Of a stretch of DNA of 64,000 nt, positions 12,621 through 25,170 are shown piece after piece. How positions within the stretch are numbered: position 1 is the first letter of the stretch; each line of letters opens with the position of its first letter. The notes below the pieces were generated by a model, which was not told the DNA's origin, did no database searches, and was given only the letters and a program-made list of their open reading frames with translations. The position numbers and the translations under genes are program-made. This stretch comes from Chiloscyllium plagiosum (taxonomy: Eukaryota), in assembly GCF_004010195.1 (NCBI RefSeq), contig NC_057743.1, positions 28,112,938 through 28,176,937 of the forward strand, read 5' to 3'.

Positions 12621-14614
12621 CTGAAAGCAAATATAGACAAAAAAAGGTCAGTTATCATGTTTCATTGGCCATTTTCATCCCATAAAATCTTTTCAGCACA
12701 ATGACTGTTTGGTTTATCTAAATCTGTACCAGCCAATCAACCTCCAAATCGCTATTCTGTATGCATAAATCTCGGTAGCAAGTGTCAGTAAACTTTTTGA
12801 CCACAAGGGAAATCCTAGCCACACATGAATCTTCTCTCTTCCAATATACAAGCATGTCCACGACTCACTGGAAATTCAGAAAAATCCAGCATCTTAACTA
12901 ATTATTTTTTGCCCCTCATCAATGAATACTTGGATTGATGCAGTGCCCTCACTACTATCTCAGCTGAGATCAAGATTTCAGATTGGGCTGAGAATCAAAC
13001 CCAAGATCTCCCAAGCAGCATGGATTAACTACTTTCTACTTTCAATAATTAAATCACTGCAAATCAGAGCAGAGTTGGCCAAGAGGAAATCGAATAGAGG
13101 AGTTAAACATCTTGGAGTGACTTGGATCGAGGAGGTAGAGAAAAATTACTCCCAGTGGTGGAAGGTTCTAGAATTAGAGAATGCAGATTCACGATGGCTG
13201 GTAAATGAACCAAAGGCATCATGAGAAAAACATTTTCCTTCAAAATAAAGGAAGTGATTAGAGTCTAAAAAGGTGGAGAAGCAGATTAGGTCATGGCCTT
13301 CAAAAAGCAATTTACAATGTATTTGATGGAAAATTTATTGCAGGACTGCAGGGAGAGCGAGCTAGAATACACTGAATTGAGAGACCTTCTTGTGGTGCAA
13401 AAGTATCTTCGAATCTCTACAGTGTGGAAACCTGATCCTTGAAGCGGGAGGCCCCGGCTCAAGTCCCACACACCCCAGAGGTGTATAATAACATCTCTGA
13501 ACAGGAAAATAGGTCAACTTTTTTTTTTAAAAAAGGCTTAATTGGCTGAATTGTCAGTGCTCCAACCATTCCAGGACATTATTAAAGCTATCAGTAGCTG
13601 CACAGTTAAGTCCAATCTTCAGCAAACTGACTGTAAATCTAAGAGGGTTATCTCTACAAGAACTCTTTCTTCCCCAGTATTTTAAAAGTAGTGGATCTCT
13701 TCATCTCCCTCAATCCTAGCTTCTGCTGCCAAAACCTTATATTTTATTTAAAAGCCAAGCTTAATATTATTCTTGATTGCAGCATTCTTTCATAATTTTA
13801 GTGTTTAAGCGCACAATCTAATGCCTGGCTCTAATGAAGTACCACAGCTGCATTGAAAGTCCATCTGATTAAGACTCATTAAACTAAGAACTCTATTTGA
13901 CTCCGGATAATATTCAAGACGACGCTAAAATCCTACTGTGCCTGTTTAACAGCAAAGACTAATCCATCTGTCCTGGCACAACATTCCTTTCAGGTGACAT
14001 CACCAAAATAGATGTAATTGATATTTCATCTTATTACTATTAGTGGGATCTTACTATGCAAAATATCTGCACTCTTGATCCCATAAAACAGTTGCTCCAC
14101 TTAAAATGTAATTGGCTGATATCCTCAGGAGGTGTTTCAGAGATAAGCGAATATAAAATTTAATCTTTTTAGAAAGGTTCCTGGGTCGTTCAGCAGCACC
14201 TTTGAAAGAAATAGATTATAAAAGATCTGCTTATTTTTCCTGGAAACATTAATGGTGGAAATTGAAGTTTAGGTGATGGAGTTTTTTTTTAAAGTTTTGA
14301 TTCTCAATTGGCCACAAGAAGCACTTTTAGATGGTGATTTAGATGGATTCAGCTGATCTTTAAATTCTTCACGAAATTTAAGTTGTGTGATGATCACTTT
14401 TCGTGTTTTTCTCCTTCCCATTGACACCTCCACCTTTCTGAGAGACTGCTGTAGCTCTGATATAATTCTGCATCAAGTCATTGAATAGAAGGCAATCCTG
14501 ACCAAATTACCCATTACAATATACTTTGTGGTTCCAGGAGACGCTTCTGGTGAATATGATTTTAAATATATAAAAGTAAGAAGAGCGAAATAATTAGTGC
14601 CTTGCAACAGATTT

Positions 14615-14845
14615 TAACACCCAGGTGTCCATTGTCCTCCCATCTCCTAATTATGATGTGGAGGAGCCGGTGTTGGACTGGGGTGGACAAGGTCAGAAGT
14701 CAGACGATACCAGGTTATAGTCCAACAGGTTTATTTGAAATCCCAAGCTTGTGGAGCATTGCCCCTTCGTCAGGTGAAAGCTCGTGGTTTCACATGAACC
14801 TGTTGGACTATAACCTAGTGTTGTTTGACTTCTGACCTTCTCCAA
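14615..14845. mobile_element. PLE family-2 terminal-repeat bow-tie fragment
   Basis: ccaggttatagtccaacagg and its inverse aacctgttggactataacc; minus-strand CTGACGAAGGGGCAATGCTCC is a degenerate hammerhead. Confidence 0.7.
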
Positions 14846-15984
14846 CTTGGCTGCCTAGGCCCTAGATCTAGGAAATATACATTAAGTATTGGTTAGATAG
14901 TTGGTGAGGAGACAATGCCAGTTGAATAACCATCTTTCCCACCCCTCATTCTTTCAAACATGGATATTAGCTTTGCAGAAGACAACGGCCAGCATTCTCC
15001 AGTTGTCATCATTTGAATATACTGTGAAAGAAACCTTGCATTTACACACCCATCAAGAAACATTTAAAGTAACTTCTTATATAATGAAAGCTAAAGATTA
15101 GATGCTGGAAATCTGAAACAAACATAGAACATACTGGAGAAACTCAGCAGGTTTGGCAGTATCCCTGGAGAGTTGAAAACAGTTAATATCTCAAGTCCAT
15201 ATTTAGACCTTTTTGAATCATATGACAATTCTTCAGAACAGATATAATGAACTATTTTGAGACGGGAGACTGCTGTTGTATGGACAAACATAGCAACCAT
15301 TTTACACTTAGGTCTTATTTTCAGTAGGTCAGGGTGAGATGATCTTCGGAGGGTCGGTGCGGACTTGATAGGCCAAATGGTTGCTTCCACACTGCAGGGA
15401 TTCTATGATATAAATTCCCTACTCCTGTCCAGTCTCCTTCATTCTTTAAAACAATAGTGTCAGGCTGAATCTGATGTGCAGATCTTAAACCATGGAATTC
15501 TCTTCCGAAATCCCTCTGTCTCCTCCCCTTCAATAATTAACTGAGCCAGACTTTTGGTCACAGCTGGTAATTATTTTAAACTGCAAAATGGCACTTTCTT
15601 CCTGTGCAAAGTAATAAGAATTCTTTTTGTGAGCATATCAAACTACATCCAGTACTATCACCTCACTTGCCATTATAAACACAATGGGCCAGCTAAGTGT
15701 GTCAGCGTGCTTAAATTACAAATGCAGAACATCATAACACAAGCAGAGCACTGTACATCTCTGGCTAGCTGTCAAAAGTCAGGCTAGCTGTCAAAAGTCA
15801 GGCAATGCACGTTCAAAATAAATCTGATAACTCCATCACGCTTGATCCATGTTCTTTTGTCAACTCACTCGCAGCAGTGAAAAAAGCAAGCTCCAGATAC
15901 CATGGAGGATGGGTTTGCATTACAGAGTTTTGAATTTCATGGTGCAGTCACAGTGAAGGATGATCCAGTCTCCAAATGACTTAC

Positions 15985-16063
15985 CAGAACTTGAACTCTG
16001 GCAGCCTTCTTATAAATGGTCTAAATTCCTCATTTTGCTTTGTTGGTAAAGCAGGTCCATCAT
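15985..16063 (-). CDS. RER1: RER1 coding exon 4
   Basis: [27 protein letters not shown]; 79 nt; AG acceptor and GTAAGT donor. Confidence 0.97.
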
Positions 16064-16319
16064 CTGGGAAAGAGAGAGGAGTAACATTAATACTTACCAA
16101 CAGTCACAACACAGTAGTCTCACACAAAGAAAGAACTTTAACACACATCGCACTTTCACAACCTCAGAAGGTCACAAAATGCTCTACAGCCAATGAGGTA
16201 CTTTTGAAGTGTAGTCACCATCTTACTATAGGGAACACGGTAGCTGAGTTGTGCACAGCAAGATCCCACAAAGTGAAATTCAGACACTGACCTTGTCTCC
16301 TTGACACCACTGGTTCTTG

Positions 16320-16510
16320 TAGGAGAAAGTGAGGACTGCAGATGCTGGAGATCAGAGTTGAGAGTGTGGTGCTGGAAAAGCACAGCAGAGCAGAATTTTG
16401 AAGTTTTGGGCAAAAGCCCTTCTTCGGGCGTTATGCCTGAAGCGTCAATATTCCTGCTCCTTGGATGCTGCCTGACCTGCTGTGCTTTTCCAGCACCACA
16501 CTCTCGACCA
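16320..16510. mobile_element. PLE family-1 terminal-repeat bow-tie fragment
   Basis: gagagtgtggtgctggaaaagcacagcag and its inverse ctgctgtgcttttccagcaccacactctc around a degraded hammerhead junction. Confidence 0.75.
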
Positions 16511-17879
16511 CCAATTCTTGTGTTAACCAAATCACACAGCAGCTTAGAAAATATTATGTTATGTATAAAGTTCAGTACATTACGTTTTGATTTTTAAAAA
16601 ATGATATACAAGTAATTTAAATTTGTTTCTGTGGCTGTGAAAACTATCAATGCAAACAGACTGTTAATCTTACCTGTACCTTTTAGACATGAGATCTGTG
16701 TCCAATTTCTAATTACTAAGTAGGTAGAGTCACTCTTTGATTTTATTGGAATCTATCAAAGATAGACTGACTGTGCACTTGCATCAATGTGAATTGATCA
16801 GAGACAGTCAGCATGGGTTTGTGATAGGGAGGTCATATCTGATTATCTGGTTGAATGTCTGACACTGCATGGAATGCCTCTCACTGCACAATGGCATAGA
16901 CTGGCTGGAATCTGCAGTTGGAGGAAAAAGATTGGGTTTCGCACATGTGACCCAATAAACCATAATAATGTAGAATCTTCAGGTGAATCCCACTGTCTTG
17001 TAAAATTAAATTCCTATTGTGCACCCAGAAGACTAAGTACGGATTATTAGTCAGAGCAACAGTGTCAGGTGAAAGCATAGACAAAGGAATAATGGATGTA
17101 AAAACATAATCAAACCTAAATTAATAATTGCATCTTCCCTACTACATGAGCTCTGGGCCCAAGGGGAGCCCCTGTTCACTGACAGTGTAATTGCTGCACA
17201 CTGACAGCATCAAATCAGTCAGTCAAGTAAAGCTCATTGATTAAATTTGACATTTCTTTTGCAGTTGTAATTATTACCCACACACACACACACGGAGACC
17301 CATTCAGTGGTGCACACAAACAGCAGCAAGCCATTAAAAGAATACTTCTGCTGACAACCTGCCATCTGTGACAGCCTCAGCATCAACATACAAGACTCTG
17401 CAGTTCTCAAATACACATTGCCTAGAGAATCATTGGATTTGCAATAAATATACATCTCCTTCCTGATAGAACCACCTAAAATTTTCAGTGATGTGCAGTC
17501 AACCTTGGGAAAATGCAAGCCAGAACCGCTGCAAGTCACACAGAAAACTTAACAATGTCCACACCTCCATGAATCACTATGACAACACCAATTTCAATAT
17601 CTAACTTTCGATGCTTAGCCTGACCACCCCTCATGGAGGAAGGATCAGATAAACATAGGGGCTTTCAGCAAGGACTAAATTAAAAACACTTCACAGGACA
17701 AAACAAAAATAGACACATCACATAACGCACAGACCTCACTAAAACATTTCAGACCTATACCATGGTCTCCATATTCCATAACGCAACATAACGAGGTAAA
17801 CTTCCTTTACAGAGAATGCTTAGCATGTAGAATTTTCAGCCATGAACCACTACTGAAGGGGAGACTGGGAAGTTTCTTT

Positions 17880-18250
17880 AAAAAAAAAGGTGCTGAACTT
17901 GGCAGCCCATCCTCCAGTGCACTACAGCTACAGTGTGTGCCATCTACAAGATGCACTGCAGCAAAGCACCATGGCTTCTTCAAGAGCACATCCCACACCT
18001 GCAACATGGGCCACCTCAAAGAACAAGTGCAGCAGATGCATAGGAACACCACGGCCTACAAGTTTCCCTTCAAGTCACACACCATCCTGACTTGCAACTA
18101 TATTGCTACTCTCTCTGTGTCACTGGGTCAAAAACCTGGGAGTTCCTAATAATACTTACACTACGGGATCGGAGGAGTTCAAGAAGGTGTTTCACCAACA
18201 TCTGGTTAAACATGGGTAATAAATTCTGATCTTTCCATATTCCACCAACC
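17880..18250 (+). mobile_element. Old CR1/L2-clade LINE 3' fragment
   Basis: Similar to a second copy at 43560-43745 (caagtcac...cttgga/gcaactatattgct...aaaaacc.tggga/gaact); decayed coding-like sequence with a LINE-type tail. Confidence 0.5.
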
Positions 18251-18937
18251 AATGAAATGGAAACAGAACACAGTAAAACAGAAATGTTAAAATCTATGGT
18301 GAATATAGGAGTTGGATTATATTTGGTGTCTCATATGGAGGAAAATACTGGCACCATCAGAATTAAGTGGCTTGTTTTGCTGCTGTAATATTCTGGAATG
18401 GCAAAGCAAAAAAAAAAATTCATTCATTTATTAAAGCAAAATATTCAGCGCTGAAAATTGGAAACAAAAAACAGTAAGTGACGTAAGGAAGATCAGTATT
18501 TGTTGCAAGGAAAGACTGTATGGATCCTCCAACAAAGCTAAAATATCAGGTTCAGGTACAGCTTGGACACTGCAACAATGCATTCAAAAGGTGTTAACAG
18601 ACTTAGCATCAACTATTCAATCACATATTTCCAATATAGCAGAAATAAATCTTTCTAATCTCTAGATAGCTGGAAGTTTGTTAAATCATTCTTCCAATTC
18701 ACTAATCATAACTTAATTTTACATGCTGCTTTTATTTGCAATATCCATTTCTCCATTCAACTGAGATCAAGCCCCTCCTTCCCACTCAATCCTGTTACCA
18801 CAACAAGTACAAATTGAATTTGATCATTATGTTTCTGATCATTCTCCTCTAAATTAGAAAATCCAATTTCACAAGGTCTTGGCATTCTGCAAATTGATGA
18901 CATGTTAACTCCCAAAAAACCATTGAAGTCTCAATAC

Positions 18938-19037
18938 CTGAATCCTCCATTAGTGAAGGGTCAACTTTTGGGGACAGGAAAGCAATGAAGAGGTTGAGGT
19001 GGTAAATCCCCAAGGCGTACGTCACAATGTACCATCC
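18938..19037 (-). CDS. RER1: RER1 coding exon 3
   Basis: GWYIVTYALGIYHLNLFIAFLSPKVDPSLMEDS; 100 nt; AG/GT boundaries. Confidence 0.97.
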
Positions 19038-19948
19038 CTGAACGATTAAAAAAAATCACAAATTAGCATCAAAACAGAGTGTTTGAAGAGACACCTATCT
19101 TTAAAATGTCACAGATAGCTACAGAACATATTCAAAAGGAAAATGGAATATGGAAATTAAAGTACCAGATGTGGAGTACTAGTTTTGATTCCATGCATCA
19201 CACTCAAGGAAGAATAAATTAGTCTTGGAGGTTGTGTGGCATAGATTTACTAAAATGATGTCTGAAATAATCTTCAGAATTCTTGCTCCTAAAGAGCCAC
19301 AAATTACTGCTGTAGGTGGACGATATGTGCATTCAACCATGATGTTCAGTGTAGTCAAAACATCTACTGTCTGAATTTGTACAGGATGTGGGAAGACTCC
19401 TAAAGGTGCAAATAATATGCATTGATGCACCTCAATAGGGTAAGCCTATTCAGGAGATCAAATGAGAAGTGGAAGAGTGAAGACAAATGGAATGTTTGCT
19501 AGAAATTGGATGACATTAGATCTAAAACTAGTCTACTATAATAATACTTGCCACATTCTCCAATTAGTAAGGATTTGTTCAGTGCCATGCTCAAAACACA
19601 ATGGTAATTGGTTTGCTTCACTGGCTTTTCCTCTATTTGTTACCTCAATGTTGCACTCAGTTCAGGGCCAATAGGTAAGAAATGGGGCATTTTTACTTTA
19701 TGGCACAGGAACTCATTCCATTAGTCTGATCTGGATTTGATGCAAAATCAAAAGCCACAAAATCAGAGGGCATAATGCTACTGCTTTGTCCCTTATTCTG
19801 TGTCCCCTCCTCAAAATCTCAACAAAAAGAAAAAAGGTTGTTTTGCAGAAGTTTGCTCCACAGTGTTCTGAAGATCAAAGCAAGAAACTGCATCACATGA
19901 AATGGATTTTGTTGCAGCCACCCAGTAACAGCACAGGCATATACTCAC

Positions 19949-20053
19949 CTGCAGGATATAAACTCTAATCATGTAGACTGCACCAAAGACAAATGTTACA
20001 ATCCATCGCATAATGCCATAGGGTGTGGACTTGTCTAAGAAGGACTGGTAGAT
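19949..20053 (-). CDS. RER1: RER1 coding exon 2
   Basis: IYQSFLDKSTPYGIMRWIVTFVFGAVYMIRVYILQ; 105 nt; AG acceptor and GTGAGT donor. Confidence 0.97.
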
Positions 20054-20274
20054 CTACAAAAGAACATTTTAAAAGATTTCAGTATTTACTACTGTGTTGA
20101 TCTTTCCTTTAAACAGATTAATATACTACCCCATCAGGGAACAATCTTCAAACTAGGAAGCTGTTGTGTTAACTTATCTCGACCTAGGACAGCTGCTGAG
20201 TTGCTACAACGATCTCCGGGAAACTGAGCTAATGGGAAAAAAAGGGGAGAATGTTACACAAGGATTCGTTCTGA

Positions 20275-20500
20275 AATAAAAACAAAAATTGCAGGCAAAG
20301 ATCAGCAGGTCTGGACGCACGTGTGGAAAGAAAACAGAGTTAACGTCTCAAGTCTGGTGACGCTTCATCAGAATTGTTCTGAAGAGAAGTCACTGAACTC
20401 AAAACATTGACTCTGATTTCTTCCCACACATCCTACCAGACCTGCTGACTTTTGCCAGCAATTTCTCTTTTTGTTTCAGATCTCCAGCATCTGCAGTTGT
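20275..20500. mobile_element. Older PLE-derived inverted-repeat (bow-tie) fragment
   Basis: cagcaggtctgg...cagagttaacg is inverted to cattgactctg...ccagacctgctg, with cttcatcag and ctgaagag at the centre. Confidence 0.6.
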
Positions 20501-20723
20501 TCTATGTTTTGTCTTAGATTCCTTCTGAAAGTTGTTTGTATGGATATCAGGTAAGAACCGGGAGATCCGTGTTCCCTCACTTTCCTTTTATAATCTAATA
20601 GTTTGCCAACATAACTATGTGAGCAGCATGACAGGAATTTAATGGTGGAAATATACCCTAAGATGAATCTGTGCCCTCTTTACAGAAAGTTTAAGAAAAA
20701 TGCTTTCTCTGAACCATCAACCA

Positions 20724-22407
20724 CAAATATTTCACGTCAGTATTTACTGTGGAGAAAGATATGGAAGCTAGGGAACTCACAGCGATAAATATTGATGTCT
20801 TGAAAACAGTCCGCATTAGAGAAGAGGAGATGCTGGAGGTCTTAAAAAGAAAAAAGGTAGATAAAACTCCAAGTCCTGATAAAGTGTATCCCAGGACATT
20901 GTGGGAAGCTAGGGAAGAAATTCCAGGGCTGCTAGCAGAGATTATTGCAACATCTACAGCCACAGGTAAGGTGCTAGAAGACTGGACAGTGGCTAATGTT
21001 GTGCCTTTATTTAAGAAGGGCTCCAAGAGAAGCTTTGAAACTACAGACCGATGATTCTAATGTCAGTTGTGGATAAGTTGTTACAGGGGATTCTGAGAGA
21101 CAAAATTTACATGCAATTTGAAAAAGCAAGGACTGATTACGGACAGTCAGCTTGGCTTTGTGTGTGGGAAATTATGTATCTCAAACTTGATTGAATTTTA
21201 TGAGCATGTGACCAAGAAGATGGATGAGGGCAGAGTGTGTTAGACATTGTCTACATGGACTTGAGCAAGGCCTTTGACAAGGTTCCATATGATAGACTGG
21301 TTAATAAAATTAGATCACATGGGTTCCAGGGAGAGCTTGCCAAACTGATACAAAATTGGCTTGACAGTAGGCGACAGAGCGTGGTGGTGATGGAGGATTA
21401 TTCTTCAGATTAGAGGTCTCTGACAGGCGGTGTTCCACAGAAACTGGTGGTGGATCCACTGTTGGTTTTCATTTATATAAATGATTTGGATGAGAATATA
21501 GCAAGCATGGTTATTAAGTTTGCAGATAACATCAAAACTGGTGGTATAGCAGACAGTGAAGGAAGTTATCTAAGAGTACAATGGGATCTTAAATAACTGG
21601 GTCAATGGGCCGAGGCATGGCAGATGGAGTTTAATTTAGATAAATGTGAGGCATTTTGATAAGATGAACAAGGGCAGAACTTACACAGTTAGTGGCAGGA
21701 CCCTGGGAAATGTTGTTGAACAGAGGGGCCTAGAGGTTCAGGTACATAGTTCCTTGAAAGTTGCATCACAGGTAGATAGGGTGGTGAAGAAGGCATTTGG
21801 CATATTTGCTCAGGTCACTGAGTATAGGAGCTGGGACATCATGGTGTGTTTGTACAAAATGTTGGTGAGGCCACTTTTGGAATACTGTGTGCAGTTCTGG
21901 TCACCATGTTATAGGAGTGATATTATTAAATTGGAATGGGTGCAGAAAAGATTTACCAGGATGTTGCCAGGACTGGAGGGTTTGAGATATAAGTAGAGGC
22001 TGGCTAGGCTGGGATTTTGTTCATTGGAGCGTAGAAGTTTGAGGGGTGATCTTAGAGATTTATAAAATCATGAGGAACATAGATAAGTGAAGAGGAAAGG
22101 TTTTTCCCTATGGTAAGGGAGTTCGAAACAAGAGGACATAATTTTAAAGTGAGAGAAGGAAGATTTAAAAGGGACCTGAGGGGCAACCTTTTCACACAGG
22201 GTAGTTCGTAAATGAAATGGACTGCCAGAGGAAGTGGTAAATGCAGGTACAGTTACAAGATTTAAATCATTTGGATAGGTACTTGAATAGGAAAGGTTTA
22301 GAGGGGCATGGGACAAAAGCAGGCAAACGAGACTAGTTTAGTTTGGGAAACCTGGTTGGCATGGATGGGTTGGTCTGAAGGGTCTGTTTCTGTGCTGTAT
22401 GACTCTA
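20724..22407 (+). mobile_element. CR1/HER1 LINE, 5'-truncated and decayed
   Basis: DWTVANVVPLFKKG, AFDKV and LVRPLLEYCVQFWSP motifs; tgtatgactcta tail. Confidence 0.92.
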
Positions 22408-22539
22408 CGCCTCAAAAGTGCACATTTTTTGTGCCAAAAATTTCTCAATGGTATTCTCAAAATGGATAGAAGTGGAGTTCACTCCCATTCAATAACTAAT
22501 TGGAGTTTTAAGAGGGAGGAAAGAAGGATGATGTCTTAC

Positions 22540-22620
22540 CTGTCCAATCTGCGTAAAAAATCTGCTGATTGCTGATGGTTTCCCGTGAATGGCATCTCCA
22601 CTGCTGTCCCCTTCTGACAT
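22540..22620 (-). CDS. RER1: RER1 coding exon 1 (retention in ER sorting receptor 1)
   Basis: MSEGDSSGDAIHGKPSAISRFFTQIGQ; 81 nt; acceptor AG 7 nt upstream of the ATG (22628-22629); donor GTAAGA. Total CDS is 591 nt, 196 aa. Confidence 0.97.
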
Positions 22621-23022
22621 AATGTTTCTAATAGAATAACAAAATATTTTGAGAGTTGGGGCACTTCTGTTTTCATTAACAGTTTAGATCATATTACCAA
22701 CCCCACCCCCCGAATCAGTGCATTTCCACCAGCTCCCGGTCCCTCTCCCCAACTCTGGTTAACTGTAATACCTACCACCAGTGGTACAAGTCCCAAAAAT
22801 ATAGAACTCCTTCCCTAATTCCCTTCATTATGTTACATCTTGTTCCCTTCAAACACTTCCTTAAAACTCTCTCACCACATTTTCAGTTTTTACTCCTTGC
22901 TCCCTCTTCTTGTTGAAGTTTGACAGACTATAATAAACCTTCTTGATATGTTACACAAGTGCTTAATAAATGCAAGATACTGTTGTTTCATCACCCTCAA
23001 TGCTAAATACTATCAATTCCAA

Positions 23023-23209
23023 GGAGAAAGTGAGGACTGCAGATGCTGGAGATCAGAGCTGAAAATGTGTTGCTGGAAAAGCGCAGCAGGTCAGGCAGCA
23101 TCCAAGGAGCAGGAGAATTGACGTTTCGGGCATGAGCCTGAAGAAGGGGCTTCCTGAAGAAGGGCTCATGTCCGAAACGTCGACTCTCCTGCTCCTTGGA
23201 TGCTGCCTG
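23023..23209. mobile_element. PLE family-1 bow-tie insert with a 14 bp TSD
   Basis: actatcaattccaa is duplicated at 23009-23022 and 23210-23223; the internal arms are inverted. Confidence 0.85.
23154..23181 (+). ncRNA. Minimal type-I hammerhead ribozyme motif (PLE-associated)
   Basis: CTGAAGA-A-GGGC-TCAT-GTCC-GAAA-C-GTC: intact core, 4 bp stem II, palindromic ACGT stem III and GUC cleavage triplet. Confidence 0.65.
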
Positions 23210-24949
23210 ACTATCAATTCCAACCCCATTCCAATACCTCTTTTTCCTCACATAATTGGAAGAGTTGTTGAACTGGACTAACAGTACAAAGTACATAAAT
23301 TCATATCCCCAATCCGACAAACTACAAAACAAAAAATAATGAAATCTGTGGGCCAGCATGAGAAGAAATGCTCAAAGTCTGCTGGACTGTGCCGCAAATC
23401 AACTGGCTCATCAGTGCAACTCATGAAAGAGAAGGAAACCCATTATCCTTCCAATTTGTATACCATCCTTCTCAGACATTGACACAATATCCTCAAGGAA
23501 ACTAGGAATGATTAATAAATACAGCTTTGCGACGATTGCCCAGCCCAAAATCAATTAAAAATATTCTGTTGAATTTTCACAATATCAACTGCAGTGCTGA
23601 TTTTACATACAAAAGCAACTAACATACCTAATTTATGTGGAGTTTTATAACTTAGACAATAAAATCACTTCCTTCATTGCTGATATCCTAAACTCAGACT
23701 TTAAAAACAGGGTTATTGAGAACACAAAAATGTTATGTTAAACGTCTACAGCCTGTCTGTACACTCATCCAGCCAGAGTTCCAGATCAAGGGCTGTACAG
23801 AAACTGCAAACAATGAGATATTCTTGTCTGACAAGATGGCTCAATGTTACAGTGCCTTGTACCTTGGCTGAGAGCTCAGGGAGCAACAAGACACCCTTTC
23901 TTTTACCAAGAGCACAATGATGCTCACCTAATGAATGGTCAGATGTCATAAGGGAGCCTTTCTCTGAGGAAATACAAGTGAAGCAGTTTGCCTCAAGCAA
24001 CAGGGTAGCACTAACCAATTTCTGAGGAAGGGTCACTCAACCAGAAATGTTAACTCTGATTTCTCTCCATAGATGCTGCCACGCCCGTTGAACTTTTCTC
24101 GCAATTTCTGTTTTGATTTCTGATTTACAGTATCCACAGTCCTTTCTGTTTTTATTGAGCAAGTAAGGGTTTCAGAGGAAAATGGAGGAAGTTGGGGCAG
24201 TTCAGATTTCTATCATGAGTATTTCCACTCTGCTCATAAGTCTGATGAGAAGTCAATTATTTTTCAGGAAAATGGTCCACTCAATATCCAAATTCTACAA
24301 TGGTCAGAACTACTTAACTTTAATACGTAGGAATCCATTGTTGCCAGTGTTTTGGGATGACATCCCATGATTACACTCAGTCACGTGAAAAGATCAACAG
24401 TAGTTGGTGATGGAACAAAATTTCTTTTTGTTTTACTGATCCAATTTTAACTGGAATCAAAGCCACCAAAACAGCCAGCCTTTTTAGCCTCTGAATCAGA
24501 TTGCCAATCTGTGTTGAATTAGCAGTAATCTAGTACCACAGTAAGTAACTGGGTCTGAAAGATCAAAAAACGTTATAGTTTCTTCTGCAAATGGGCTTGA
24601 ACCCAGGATAATATTTACTCCAACAGAGATTACGTGAAGCCCAGTGTCACAGGTACAGAAACCAATTGGGAAGTGGACAGAATTAGATAACAACTAGACA
24701 CACAACATAAAACAAGCAGTCAATAATCAAAGAATCAGAAGGCCTCAGTCCAATGGTAACACACTCCTATTATTTAAAATCAACCATATCATTGCCTGTT
24801 CTAACTTGGTCTTTGTCAACGAATTCCCACCTCTCCCAGCCTTCTGTTCTTCCTGGGTGTCAGCACTGACAGTGGATGCACTCTGGAATGTAATTAGATG
24901 GTTGCGGGCTGAAGAATGATCTAAAGAGACACTTCAACAAAAAACTAAG

Positions 24950-25170
24950 GGAGTGCTGCATTATCAGGGGTGCCATCTTTGAAGTAAGACATTAAACAGA
25001 GACCGGTTGCTGTTCTTAACCAACAATTCCTAAAACAGATTAACTGTTACATCAAATCATTTGTGGTAGCATTTGTGAAAACTGGCTACCACATTTCAGA
25101 AATGTTTCACTGTCTGTGAAGTGCTTTGGGATACTCTCTGATGCCGAAAGATGCTCTACAAATGAAACGT
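24950..25170 (+). mobile_element. DeuSINE-like (SacSINE1/AmnSINE-type) ancient SINE
   Basis: gtgctgca...ggtgccatcttt...gacattaaac.gag resembles the Deu domain, followed by the tail gaagtgctttgggat...aaatgaaacgttctt. Related pieces lie at about 4180-4480, 5615-5710, 13820-14160, 16130-16275, 34140-34400 and 54200-54330. Confidence 0.55.

Noticed and set aside
15763-15800. 19 bp tandem duplication (a similar one lies at about 45735-45773)
   Set aside because: Two-copy slippage duplications with no spacer structure; not CRISPR-like or otherwise notable.
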